A DNA stretch of 64,000 nt from Escherichia coli (GTDB taxonomy: Bacteria > Pseudomonadota > Gammaproteobacteria > Enterobacterales > Enterobacteriaceae): assembly GCF_024502345.1 (NCBI RefSeq), contig NZ_JALDNN010000001.1; one strand, written 5' to 3'. Made by a program: the position numbers and the translations under genes. The notes beneath the pieces were generated by a model. The model worked only from the letters and a program-made list of their open reading frames with translations, was not told the origin of the DNA and did not search any database. Shown here piece after piece: positions 11,514 through 23,761 of the stretch (its first letter is position 1; each line of letters opens with the position of its first letter).

Positions 11514-12719
11514 ATGTTTCATCTCGATACTTTAGCAACGCTTGTTGCCGCAACGCTGACGTTGCTGCTCGGGCGTAAGTTGGTCCATTCCGTCTCCTTT
11601 TTGAAGAAATACACCATACCGGAACCTGTTGCGGGTGGTTTGTTGGTGGCGCTGGCGCTACTGGTACTGAAAAAAAGCATGGGCTGGGAAGTCAACTTTG
11701 ATATGTCCCTGCGCGATCCGTTAATGCTGGCTTTCTTCGCCACCATTGGCCTGAACGCCAACATTGCCAGTTTGCGTGCCGGTGGGCGTGTGGTTGGCAT
11801 CTTCTTGATTGTGGTTGTTGGTCTGTTGGTGATGCAAAATGCCATTGGCATTGGGATGGCTAGCCTGTTAGGGCTTGATCCGCTGATGGGGCTGTTGGCC
11901 GGTTCTATTACGCTTTCCGGCGGTCACGGTACGGGAGCTGCATGGAGTAAATTGTTCATTGAACGTTATGGCTTCACCAATGCGACGGAAGTGGCGATGG
12001 CCTGTGCAACGTTCGGTTTGGTGCTGGGCGGCTTGATTGGCGGTCCGGTAGCGCGCTATCTGGTGAAACACTCCACCACGCCGAACGGTATTCCGGATGA
12101 CCAGGAAGTCCCGACGGCGTTTGAAAAGCCGGATGTGGGCCGCATGATCACCTCGTTGGTGCTGATTGAAACTATCGCGCTGATTGCTATCTGCCTGACG
12201 GTGGGGAAAATTGTTGCGCAACTTTTGGCTGGCACTGCTTTTGAACTGCCGACCTTCGTCTGTGTACTGTTTGTTGGCGTGATTCTGAGCAACGGTCTGT
12301 CAATAATGGGCTTTTACCGCGTCTTTGAGCGTGCGGTATCCGTGCTGGGTAACGTAAGCTTGTCGTTGTTCCTGGCGATGGCGTTGATGGGGCTGAAACT
12401 GTGGGAGCTGGCTTCGCTGGCGCTGCCGATGCTGGCGATTCTGGTGGTACAGACCATCTTCATGGCGTTGTATGCCATCTTCGTTACCTGGCGCATGATG
12501 GGCAAAAACTACGATGCGGCAGTGCTGGCTGCGGGTCACTGTGGTTTTGGCCTCGGTGCAACGCCAACGGCAATCGCCAACATGCAGGCGATCACTGAAC
12601 GTTTTGGCCCGTCGCACATGGCCTTCCTGGTAGTGCCGATGGTCGGTGCGTTCTTTATTGATATCGTTAACGCGCTGGTGATTAAGCTGTATTTGATGTT
12701 GCCGATTTTTGCGGGTTAA
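11514..12719 (+). CDS. gltS: Sodium/glutamate symporter (401 aa)
   Basis: Translation matches GltS. Confidence 0.9.
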   Translation: MFHLDTLATLVAATLTLLLGRKLVHSVSFLKKYTIPEPVAGGLLVALALLVLKKSMGWEVNFDMSLRDPLMLAFFATIGLNANIASLRAGGRVVGIFLIVVVGLLVMQNAIGIGMASLLGLDPLMGLLAGSITLSGGHGTGAAWSKLFIERYGFTNATEVAMACATFGLVLGGLIGGPVARYLVKHSTTPNGIPDDQEVPTAFEKPDVGRMITSLVLIETIALIAICLTVGKIVAQLLAGTAFELPTFVCVLFVGVILSNGLSIMGFYRVFERAVSVLGNVSLSLFLAMALMGLKLWELASLALPMLAILVVQTIFMALYAIFVTWRMMGKNYDAAVLAAGHCGFGLGATPTAIANMQAITERFGPSHMAFLVVPMVGAFFIDIVNALVIKLYLMLPIFAG

Positions 12720-12721
12720 AA

Positions 12722-13588
12722 ATGAAAAAGCGTCGGAAGGAACCGGAAACGCTACGTGAACACTGTCGCCACATTTTTGGTGATGAGCCGCCAGTGCTCT
12801 GTGTATGGGAAACGGAATTTGATTACGCAGATGCCGAACTCAAGGCGCTGGCGGCTAAAGAGTGGCAGCAGATCAGCGAATGGGATTTGAGTGCTTACTA
12901 TGTACTCAATCTCGTTTATAACGAACCGATGCAAATAGAGTTGTTTCGCTATCTGTTTCCGCTCTGCCTGGCGCAATGGCATGAAACCGTTTTAGCTGGC
13001 GGTTATGGTGATCACTTCGAAGAATCCTTAATGAAGGCATTGCGTCGGCCCTATCTCTGGCAGGAGATGATGAATGCTTCCCAACGCCAGCAGGTACGGC
13101 AATTTTTACTGGACACCGCGTTGCAGCGTATGGATAACGAGCGTGGTTTCAATAACGTTCTTTGCTGGCTGGCGGTGTTCAATACTCTGGGTGGGGCCGC
13201 GCCGTTAATTCGTTCTCTCTGGTCGCGCTGGTGGGCGCTGGATACGCCGGGAAAAGCGGTGTGTGCTATTCAGTATGCCGCGCATCTAATTTATCCCATA
13301 GAAGCCAATCCGTTATGGTCGCAAGAATGGATAGGCTGGGGGCATCCATTAGGCCATAAAGATGGCTGGTCCTCTGATAATCGCGCTTTTCTTCGCCAAA
13401 TGTTAACACCTGAAATGATTGTGGCTGGCGTACAGGCAGCGGCTGAAATTCTGCGTGGTGAACCGGAAGGCGCAATGGCGGCGCGAATTGCACAGGATGC
13501 GTATGAGGCAATGGATATCCTCACTATCCAGATTGAAGATTTACTGCGTGACTTGTCTCGTGATGAGTCTGGTCATGCGTTGGAGTAA
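12722..13588 (+). CDS. Hypothetical protein, 288 aa, no recognisable domain; ATG 2 bp after the gltS stop, 3' end overlaps the recG 3' end by 16 bp
   Basis: Long ORF with E. coli-typical codon choice in an intergenic position; not antisense to any known gene. Confidence 0.5.
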   Translation: MKKRRKEPETLREHCRHIFGDEPPVLCVWETEFDYADAELKALAAKEWQQISEWDLSAYYVLNLVYNEPMQIELFRYLFPLCLAQWHETVLAGGYGDHFEESLMKALRRPYLWQEMMNASQRQQVRQFLLDTALQRMDNERGFNNVLCWLAVFNTLGGAAPLIRSLWSRWWALDTPGKAVCAIQYAAHLIYPIEANPLWSQEWIGWGHPLGHKDGWSSDNRAFLRQMLTPEMIVAGVQAAAEILRGEPEGAMAARIAQDAYEAMDILTIQIEDLLRDLSRDESGHALE

Positions 13589-15654
13589 CGTTCCGTCTCC
13601 GGCATCCAGCGTTCTATCAAGGCTTTTGCCTGTTGTGGGTAACGTTCGTGAATATGTCGCGCCAGGCGCTGAACTTCCGGGATCATCGCCTGATCGCGCA
13701 GTAAATCCGCCACTTTAAATTCAGCATTACCCGTCTGACGCGTGCCTAACAATTCGCCAGGGCCGCGAATCTCCAGATCTTTTTGCGCAATCACAAAACC
13801 GTCGTTACTGTCGCGCAGCACTTGCAGGCGAATTTGCGCCGTTTTAGAAAGCGGCGTTTTGTAGAGCAGCACGCAGTGAGAAGCCACCGCGCCACGACCT
13901 ACGCGCCCGCGCAGCTGGTGTAACTGCGCCAGACCCAGACGCTCAGGGTTTTCGATAATCATCAGGCTGGCGTTAGGCACATCAACACCGACTTCAATAA
14001 CGGTAGTGGCAACCAGCAGATGTAGCTCACCTTGTTTAAACGACGCCATCACCGCCTGTTTCTCGGCTGGTTTCATCCGCCCGTGTACCAGGCCAACATT
14101 CAATTCTGGTAGCGCCAGTTTCAACTCTTCCCAGGTAGCTTCCGCCGCCTGCGCTTCCAGTAACTCTGACTCTTCAATCAACGTACAAACCCAGTACGCC
14201 TGACGACCTTCAGTTATGCAGGCGTGGCGCACGCGGTCAATGATGTCGGTACGGCGAGTATCAGGAATAGCGACCGTAGTCACTGGCGTGCGGCCTGGCG
14301 GCAGTTCATCAATGACCGAGGTGTCGAGATCGGCATACGCAGTCATCGCCAGCGTGCGGGGGATCGGCGTGGCGGTCATGATCAACTGATGCGGATGGAA
14401 GCCTTGCTGCTGGCCTTTCTCCCACAATGCCAGACGCTGATGCACGCCAAAGCGATGCTGTTCGTCGATAATCACCAGCGCCAGGCCGTTAAACTGCACC
14501 TGTTCCTGGAAGATGGCGTGTGTTCCGACAATCATCTGCACCTGACCGCTGGCGATGGCTTCCTGCTGTGCCAGCCGCGCTTTACCTTTCTGCTTACCGG
14601 CGAGCCAGCCCACTTCGATACCGAGCGGTGCAAACCAGTTACGGAAGTTATTGGCGTGCTGTTCGGCGAGTAATTCGGTTGGTGCCATCAATGCCACCTG
14701 TTTGCCGTGGGCAATCGCACGCAGCGCGGCGAGGGCAGCGACCAGCGTTTTACCGGAACCTACATCGCCCTGTACCAGGCGCATCATCGGCACATTCAGC
14801 GCCATATCGCGCTCGATCTCCGCCACCACGCGAGCCTGAGCGCCCGTTGGCTTGAACGGTAAGGCGGCAAGAAGTTTATTTTTCAGCGTGTCATTGGCGC
14901 TCAGCGGCTGGGCATGGAAACGTTGCGCTCCGGCGCGTAAGGCTAACATGCTGAGGTTATGCGCCAGCAGTTCTTCCAGAATCAGACGACGTTGCGTCGG
15001 ATGCTGCCCGGTTTCCAGATCGCTAAGTTGCAGCGTCGGCGGCGGGCGGTGCAAAGTGCGCAACGCTTCCGGTAGCGTCATCATTCCTTGTGACAGTTCC
15101 GGCGGCAGGAGTTCTTCAATGGCGCAGGTGTCGAGCAGATCCAGCGCCTGGTCGGTTAATTTACGCAGCGTGGCCTGCTTTACGCCTTCGGTTGTTGGAT
15201 AAACCGGCGTGAGCGTTTCCTGCAACTCTGGCGTACTGAGATCGCCCTGCACGCGGTATTCCGGGTGGATCATCTCCGCACCATATTTACCGCGCTTTGC
15301 TTCTCCATAGGCCAGCACGCGGCGGCCCGTCGCCAGGCTATTTTTCATTGCCGCGTTGAAGTTGAAAAAGCGCATGGTGAGAATGCCGGAACCGTCGCTG
15401 ATCTGGCAGGTCATCATCCGCCGACCGCCGAAGGAGATATTGCAGTTCAGCACTTCGCCTTCCACCGTGGCATAAACGCCCGGTAGTAGTTCTCCGATGG
15501 GGTAGAGATGGGTGCGATCTTCGTAGCGCAGGGGAAGGTGTAACAGTAGATCCTGCACGGTATGCAGGTTGATTTTCGCCAGTTTGTTACTAAGTGCTGC
15601 GCCAACGCCCGTTAGGGAACTGAGTGGGACAGCATCTAACAGGCGACCTTTCAT
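13573..15654 (-). CDS. recG: ATP-dependent DNA helicase RecG (693 aa)
   Basis: Translation matches RecG; start at MKGRLLDAVPL. Confidence 0.9.
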   Translation of the reverse strand: MKGRLLDAVPLSSLTGVGAALSNKLAKINLHTVQDLLLHLPLRYEDRTHLYPIGELLPGVYATVEGEVLNCNISFGGRRMMTCQISDGSGILTMRFFNFNAAMKNSLATGRRVLAYGEAKRGKYGAEMIHPEYRVQGDLSTPELQETLTPVYPTTEGVKQATLRKLTDQALDLLDTCAIEELLPPELSQGMMTLPEALRTLHRPPPTLQLSDLETGQHPTQRRLILEELLAHNLSMLALRAGAQRFHAQPLSANDTLKNKLLAALPFKPTGAQARVVAEIERDMALNVPMMRLVQGDVGSGKTLVAALAALRAIAHGKQVALMAPTELLAEQHANNFRNWFAPLGIEVGWLAGKQKGKARLAQQEAIASGQVQMIVGTHAIFQEQVQFNGLALVIIDEQHRFGVHQRLALWEKGQQQGFHPHQLIMTATPIPRTLAMTAYADLDTSVIDELPPGRTPVTTVAIPDTRRTDIIDRVRHACITEGRQAYWVCTLIEESELLEAQAAEATWEELKLALPELNVGLVHGRMKPAEKQAVMASFKQGELHLLVATTVIEVGVDVPNASLMIIENPERLGLAQLHQLRGRVGRGAVASHCVLLYKTPLSKTAQIRLQVLRDSNDGFVIAQKDLEIRGPGELLGTRQTGNAEFKVADLLRDQAMIPEVQRLARHIHERYPQQAKALIERWMPETERYSNA

Positions 15655-15659
15655 GGCAC

Positions 15660-16349
15660 TTACTCTGCAGCCTGCATAGTAGCCCACCAGTCGGCATCAG
15701 CTTCGATCTCGCCTTGCTGATTGACGTGGGGATAAGGCAGGCCTTTGCGTTTTGCGACTTTCGCCAGCACCGGATAGCCGCCTTCAAACAACAGGCGTTG
15801 TTGCTCTGCTTCCGGCAACATGCTGTTTTCACGCAGGTACATGCCCGCATTTTGCCGCTGGCGCTGGGCTTCGTAAAGAATGAGGGCTGAGGCAACGGAA
15901 ACATTCAGCGATTGCACCATGCCAATCATCGGAATGATGATGTCCCGATCCGCCAGGGCCAACGCTTCCTCAGTGATGCCCGTTTTCTCCTGACCCATCA
16001 AAATGCAGGTCGGGCGAGTGTAATCAATTTCGCGAAAATCGACAGCGTTATCAGAAAGATGGGTTGCCAGAATTTGCATGCCCTGGCCTTTGAGATGAGC
16101 GACGGCATCGCCAATGGTGCGGTGCGTTTTCACCTGCACCCAACTGTTGCTACCCGCCGCCGCAGAGGCCATGGTACGCATGCGGCTACCAGGCCAGACG
16201 GCGTGAACTTCATGTACGCCAACGGCATCTGCGGTACGAATAATCGCAGAAACGTTATGAGGTTTGTGGACCTGCTCCATGCAGACGGTCAGATCAGGCT
16301 GCCGCCTGGCGAGCATTTCGCAGATGCGTGCATAACGTGTTGGGTTCAT
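15660..16349 (-). CDS. trmH: tRNA (Gm18) 2'-O-methyltransferase (229 aa)
   Basis: Translation matches TrmH/SpoU. Confidence 0.9.
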   Translation of the reverse strand: MNPTRYARICEMLARRQPDLTVCMEQVHKPHNVSAIIRTADAVGVHEVHAVWPGSRMRTMASAAAGSNSWVQVKTHRTIGDAVAHLKGQGMQILATHLSDNAVDFREIDYTRPTCILMGQEKTGITEEALALADRDIIIPMIGMVQSLNVSVASALILYEAQRQRQNAGMYLRENSMLPEAEQQRLLFEGGYPVLAKVAKRKGLPYPHVNQQGEIEADADWWATMQAAE

Positions 16350-16355
16350 AAAACA

Positions 16356-18464
16356 TTAATTTCGGTTTCGGGTGACTTTAATCACGTCTGGCATCACGCG
16401 GATTTTGCGCATGATATTCGCCAGATGCACACGGTCACGAGCGGTCAGACGAATAAAGGCGCTGTAGACGCGACCATCTTTCTCTTCCGTATTCAAACTT
16501 TGAATATTCGAAGTCGTGGTGTTAATTGCCGCCGTCAGGTTTGCCAGCGCGCCCTGATGATTGAACATCTCCACCTTGATTTCGGTGATGAACTCCTGCG
16601 CCGTCTCTTTATCCCATTCCACAGCCATAAACTTCTCTGGCTCTTTCTGGTAGCCACGGATGTTACGGCAGGATTCATGGTGGATCACCAGACCTTTACC
16701 GGGGCTGACGTGGGCGATAATCGGGTCGCCAGGAATAGGGCGGCAGCATTTCGCAAAGGTGATCAGCACGCCATCGGCACCTTTAATGGGCAGATGTCCG
16801 TGACTTTGGGTTGCCGGTGGAATGGAGGCGTCCCCATGTTGCAGATTTTTCGCGACCACCACGCTCATTGCGTTACCAAGTCCGATTTCTGCCAGCAGAT
16901 CGTCAAGCGTTGCCAGCTTCATACGATCCAGCTCGCGCTGAATATTTTCCTGCGGGATTTCATTCAGCTTACGGCTACCACCCAAAGCATGGTTGAGCAG
17001 ACGACGGCCCAGGCTTACAGAATCATCACGCTTGAGGTTTTTCAGCAACTGACGAATTTTGGCGCGCGCTTTCGAGCTAACGACAAAGTTCAGCCACGCG
17101 GCATTCGGGCGAGCGCCGGGTGCGGTAATGATTTCAACGGTTTGACCGCTGGTAAGCGGCTGCGACAGCGGGTAAGGCTGACGGTCGACGCGTGCGCCCA
17201 CGCAGGCATGACCGATATCGGTATGCACTGCATAAGCGAAGTCGACAGGCGTTGCACCGGCAGGCAGTTCGACAATGCGCCCTTCCGGTGTGAAAACGTA
17301 AATCTCATCCGGGAAGAGATCGGATTTAACGCTCTCGATAAATTCAAACGAGCTACCGGCGCTTTGTTGCAGCTCCAGCAGGCTTTGCATCCAGCGCTGG
17401 GCGCGGATTTGTGCAGTCGTGCTGGTTTCGCCGTGCTCTTTATAAGCCCAGTGCGCGGCAACACCCATCTCCGCCATCTGATCCATATCTTCGGTACGGA
17501 TTTGGACCTCAACCGGCACGCCGTGCGGGCCAATCATCGAGGTGTGCAACGACTGATAGCCGTTCGCTTTTGGAATGGCGATGTAGTCTTTCACGCGACC
17601 CGGACGCGGCTTATACAGGCTATGCATCTGGCCGAGCACGCGATAACAGGTGTCGGAATCATTGACGATCACGCGGAAAGCGTAGATGTCCATGATCGAG
17701 TGAAAACGCTGCTCTTTGAGCACCATTTTGCAGTAAATCGAATAAAGATGCTTCTCGCGACCACTGACGCGGCACGGTATTCCCGCTTCCTGCAAACGCC
17801 CTTCGATTTCAGAGAGGATTTTTTGGATCATCTCTTTACGGTTGCCGCGCGCGGCTTTCACCACTTCTTTGATTACGCGATAACGGTTGGGATACAGCGC
17901 CTCAAAACCCAGCTCTTCGAGTTCGGTTTTAATGTGGTGGATACCTAAACGGTGCGCCAGCGGGCTATAAATTTCGAGAGTTTCACGGGCGATGCGGCGA
18001 CGTTTGTCCGGGCGAAGTGAGCCCAGCGTGCGCATGTTGTGGGTACGGTCGGCAAGTTTGATGAGGATGACGCGGATATCCTGCACCATCGCCATAATCA
18101 TCTTGCGAAAGTTTTCGGCCTGCGCCTCTTTCTTATCGCGGAACTTGAGCTTATCAAGTTTCGACACCCCCTCTACCAGCTCGGCGACGCTTTTACCAAA
18201 AAGCTGTTCCATGTCCTGGTAGGTGGCGGGAGTATCTTCAATCACGTCATGCAGCAGCGCTGCCATAAGCGTTTCATAGTCGAGTTTCATCTCGGCCAGA
18301 ATGCAGGCAACAGCTACCGGGTGCGTGATATAGGGTTCACCGCTTGAACGTGTTTGCCCCTCGTGAGCATCACGTGCAACGAGATACGCCTGCCGCAGAC
18401 GCTTGATTTGGTCTTCCGGCAGGTAGGTTTGAATCAGTTGATTCAGGCTTTCAAACAGATACAA
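16356..18464 (-). CDS. spoT: Bifunctional (p)ppGpp synthetase/hydrolase SpoT (702 aa)
   Basis: Translation matches SpoT. Confidence 0.95.
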   Translation of the reverse strand: MYLFESLNQLIQTYLPEDQIKRLRQAYLVARDAHEGQTRSSGEPYITHPVAVACILAEMKLDYETLMAALLHDVIEDTPATYQDMEQLFGKSVAELVEGVSKLDKLKFRDKKEAQAENFRKMIMAMVQDIRVILIKLADRTHNMRTLGSLRPDKRRRIARETLEIYSPLAHRLGIHHIKTELEELGFEALYPNRYRVIKEVVKAARGNRKEMIQKILSEIEGRLQEAGIPCRVSGREKHLYSIYCKMVLKEQRFHSIMDIYAFRVIVNDSDTCYRVLGQMHSLYKPRPGRVKDYIAIPKANGYQSLHTSMIGPHGVPVEVQIRTEDMDQMAEMGVAAHWAYKEHGETSTTAQIRAQRWMQSLLELQQSAGSSFEFIESVKSDLFPDEIYVFTPEGRIVELPAGATPVDFAYAVHTDIGHACVGARVDRQPYPLSQPLTSGQTVEIITAPGARPNAAWLNFVVSSKARAKIRQLLKNLKRDDSVSLGRRLLNHALGGSRKLNEIPQENIQRELDRMKLATLDDLLAEIGLGNAMSVVVAKNLQHGDASIPPATQSHGHLPIKGADGVLITFAKCCRPIPGDPIIAHVSPGKGLVIHHESCRNIRGYQKEPEKFMAVEWDKETAQEFITEIKVEMFNHQGALANLTAAINTTTSNIQSLNTEEKDGRVYSAFIRLTARDRVHLANIMRKIRVMPDVIKVTRNRN

Positions 18465-18482
18465 GGGCGACCCGCTTTGTGA

Positions 18483-18758
18483 TTAACGACGACCTTCAGC
18501 AATAGCGGTAACGGCTTGTAATTCAGCGGCTTCCTGCTCTTGCTGTTCCTGGCGTTCGCGAACGTCGAGGATCTGGTTGTTGATCAGACCTTCTTCGATT
18601 TCGCGCAGCGCGATTACAGTGGTTTTATCGTTTTCTTCCGGTACCAGCGGATCCTTTCCGCCTACCTGCATCTGACGAGCGCGACGCGCGGCGACCAGTA
18701 CCAGGTCAAAACGGTTACCAATTTTCTCTACAGCGTCCTGAACAGTTACGCGTGCCAT
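18483..18758 (-). CDS. rpoZ: RNA polymerase omega subunit (91 aa)
   Basis: Translation matches RpoZ. Confidence 0.95.
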
Positions 18759-18812
18759 ACTTAAAAAGCTCCACAGGTGAAGAAATGACTGGGCATAATA
18801 CTGAAATCAGGT

Positions 18813-19574
<762 letters not shown>

Positions 19575-19601
19575 AGTGATTCACTGCAATAAAGACGATT
19601 C

Positions 19602-21989
<2,388 letters not shown>

Positions 21990-22280
21990 GGTTCTCTCCC
22001 TAAAAATCTGTCTGGCAGGGTAGCGATTTGTGCGCATTGTCACGATTGAGATTTTTTAAGGTGAGGGGGAATTGATAACTTGTAGTTATGTGAAATCGCT
22101 ATTTTCTGTAGCGGAGATGCATTCTTCTGACTTCTTGTCTGAGAAAATGCATAAGAAAAAATAGGTTAAAACTGAGGGGTGGAAAAGAAAGGTGCAATGT
22201 TTAGCTATTGTATTCACCGCACCTGGACTTTGGCTTACGCATCGGGTGTCTCAATCAACAAAAAGAGTTTTTAGTTTCTG

Positions 22281-22478
22281 CTATTTTTTCTCTGTAATTT
22301 TTACACTGTTTTCCAACTGCTTAATGCTGACCTGCGGGGTCGGCAACTCCTCAGGCATGGTTCCGCCAAGTTCCTGAATGGTTTGCCTCACCTTGCGACC
22401 TACGTCAAAGTGTGTGGTGTTAGCTTGCTGTTTTGAATTCACGCCATCCCGCTTAAGTTTTTCTTCTGTTTGGGTAGC
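22281..22478 (-). pseudogene. dinD: 3'-terminal remnant (about 65 codons) of DNA-damage-inducible gene dinD; 5' two-thirds absent
   Basis: C-terminal part of ORF 22281..22592 (ATQTEEKLKRDGVNSKQQANTTHFDVGRKVRQTIQELGG...KITEKK) matches the recalled DinD C-terminus and sits at the K-12 dinD position between yicC and yicG; the ORF's first 38 residues look non-coding. Confidence 0.55.
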
Positions 22479-22814
22479 TACTTTGAACCGGATAACCTCG
22501 AATGGGTGACTGGTGAGATTGGTGCGCCGCCGTTCGATGTGTCGGGTGTGGCCTACCTGCTTCATGGCATGGTGTCGTTCGATAAGCGCCACCAGATCGA
22601 ATCAACCCGGCGCACACTGGAAAGCATGGTTGCTGGTGGACTGCTTGAGCGGGTGACAGTGTATGAATCGCGCCAGATACGGCGCGGCGGTGAGACTAAC
22701 GCAACGGTCGTGCGCTACGGTTTACCCGGTCAGTGCGCTGTTATGCGCGATACTGGCGGCGCTGATAGCCTGGCTGATTCCGGTAATACTGCGGAGTTAG
22801 GTCTACCGGCATAG
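22470..22814 (+). CDS. Hypothetical 114-aa ORF inside the dinD islet; possibly a 5'-truncated gene
   Basis: ORF only; protein-like composition; no recognisable family. Confidence 0.25.
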   Translation: MGSYFEPDNLEWVTGEIGAPPFDVSGVAYLLHGMVSFDKRHQIESTRRTLESMVAGGLLERVTVYESRQIRRGGETNATVVRYGLPGQCAVMRDTGGADSLADSGNTAELGLPA

Positions 22815-22858
22815 CTTACCCGTGGAGAAATGAATCATCGAATGAGTTTGGTCGGGAG

Positions 22859-23539
22859 TTATTCCACCAGCAAAAATGGCGTTGCCCGGTCTATGACGTT
22901 GATGCCAATTAACGAGCTAACATTTCGACCATTCACAATGCTATCCCGTTCAAGCAAATGCGCTATTTTTTCTACTTCATACCAGTATTGAGCCATGAGG
23001 GCTTTGGTCTTTTCAACGAGTTTAGAAAGCATTAACTCCCTGTTAATTTGCTTATTTGTAGCGCAGATTAAATCGAGCATGTCATTTACGTTAGCCATGT
23101 CATAGCGATGAGGTAGCGAATACTTTTTGTTGAAAATATCGTTGTTTTCGTAAAGGGCTTCGCTTACTGGTCCGGCGAGGGATACAAAAGCGGCCTTTTT
23201 TGCATCGCGCTTTATACCATCCGCATAGTAACGTATGAAAGGGATAACTTTACCATTCTGCCCAACTACACCAGATTTACTATCCCGCAAACGCCCGAGA
23301 TCGTGGCTGTGAATTATGCTGTGTTTAACAACGCCCAAACACTTGGCCTCATGTACATGTTCGCCAGCAACGTAACCGTATTCATCCATAACGGCGATAA
23401 CAATATTGGTTTCACGCCCACCGATATGACCAGGAATAACCGGGACAATTGTGGCAAATTCATTACCGTTAATTGTGCCCTGATAGGCGTTCAGATGAGG
23501 GGCGGCCTCAGAAATTAATCTGCTTTTTTCGATGTTCAT
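22859..23539 (-). CDS. Hypothetical protein (226 aa), cargo of the integrase islet in dinD; no family recognised
   Basis: Uninterrupted ORF with visibly lower GC than the flanking backbone, directly downstream of an intact integrase gene; contains a His cluster (GHIGG, EHVHE, HSIIHSHD). Confidence 0.6.
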   Translation of the reverse strand: MNIEKSRLISEAAPHLNAYQGTINGNEFATIVPVIPGHIGGRETNIVIAVMDEYGYVAGEHVHEAKCLGVVKHSIIHSHDLGRLRDSKSGVVGQNGKVIPFIRYYADGIKRDAKKAAFVSLAGPVSEALYENNDIFNKKYSLPHRYDMANVNDMLDLICATNKQINRELMLSKLVEKTKALMAQYWYEVEKIAHLLERDSIVNGRNVSSLIGINVIDRATPFLLVE

Positions 23540-23761
23540 TTTCAGTCTCCGTTAGGCGGCGGTGAGATTGTCCGGGTACCACATGGTTGACACTTAGATC
23601 CAACACGTAGTCGTACCTATCCAGTGAAAACCATTCCATCACATCGCCGTATTTAGCCCGTTTCATAACGCCACCTTTTACGCTGCGCCTTATTTTGTGA
23701 TTGAGCCAGGCGGTAAGGCTTCCCGCTTTTCGCCCCGTCGGGCTAGACTCAATCTATTCAG

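Noticed and set aside
15912-17948. 678-aa ORF on the plus strand
   Set aside because: Lies entirely antisense to spoT, whose translation is an unambiguous match; long open antisense frames are common in E. coli genes and the product is Arg/His-rich and non-protein-like
22192-22377. 61-aa plus-strand ORF near the dinD remnant
   Set aside because: Overlaps the dinD 3' remnant on the opposite strand; short, with no supporting features
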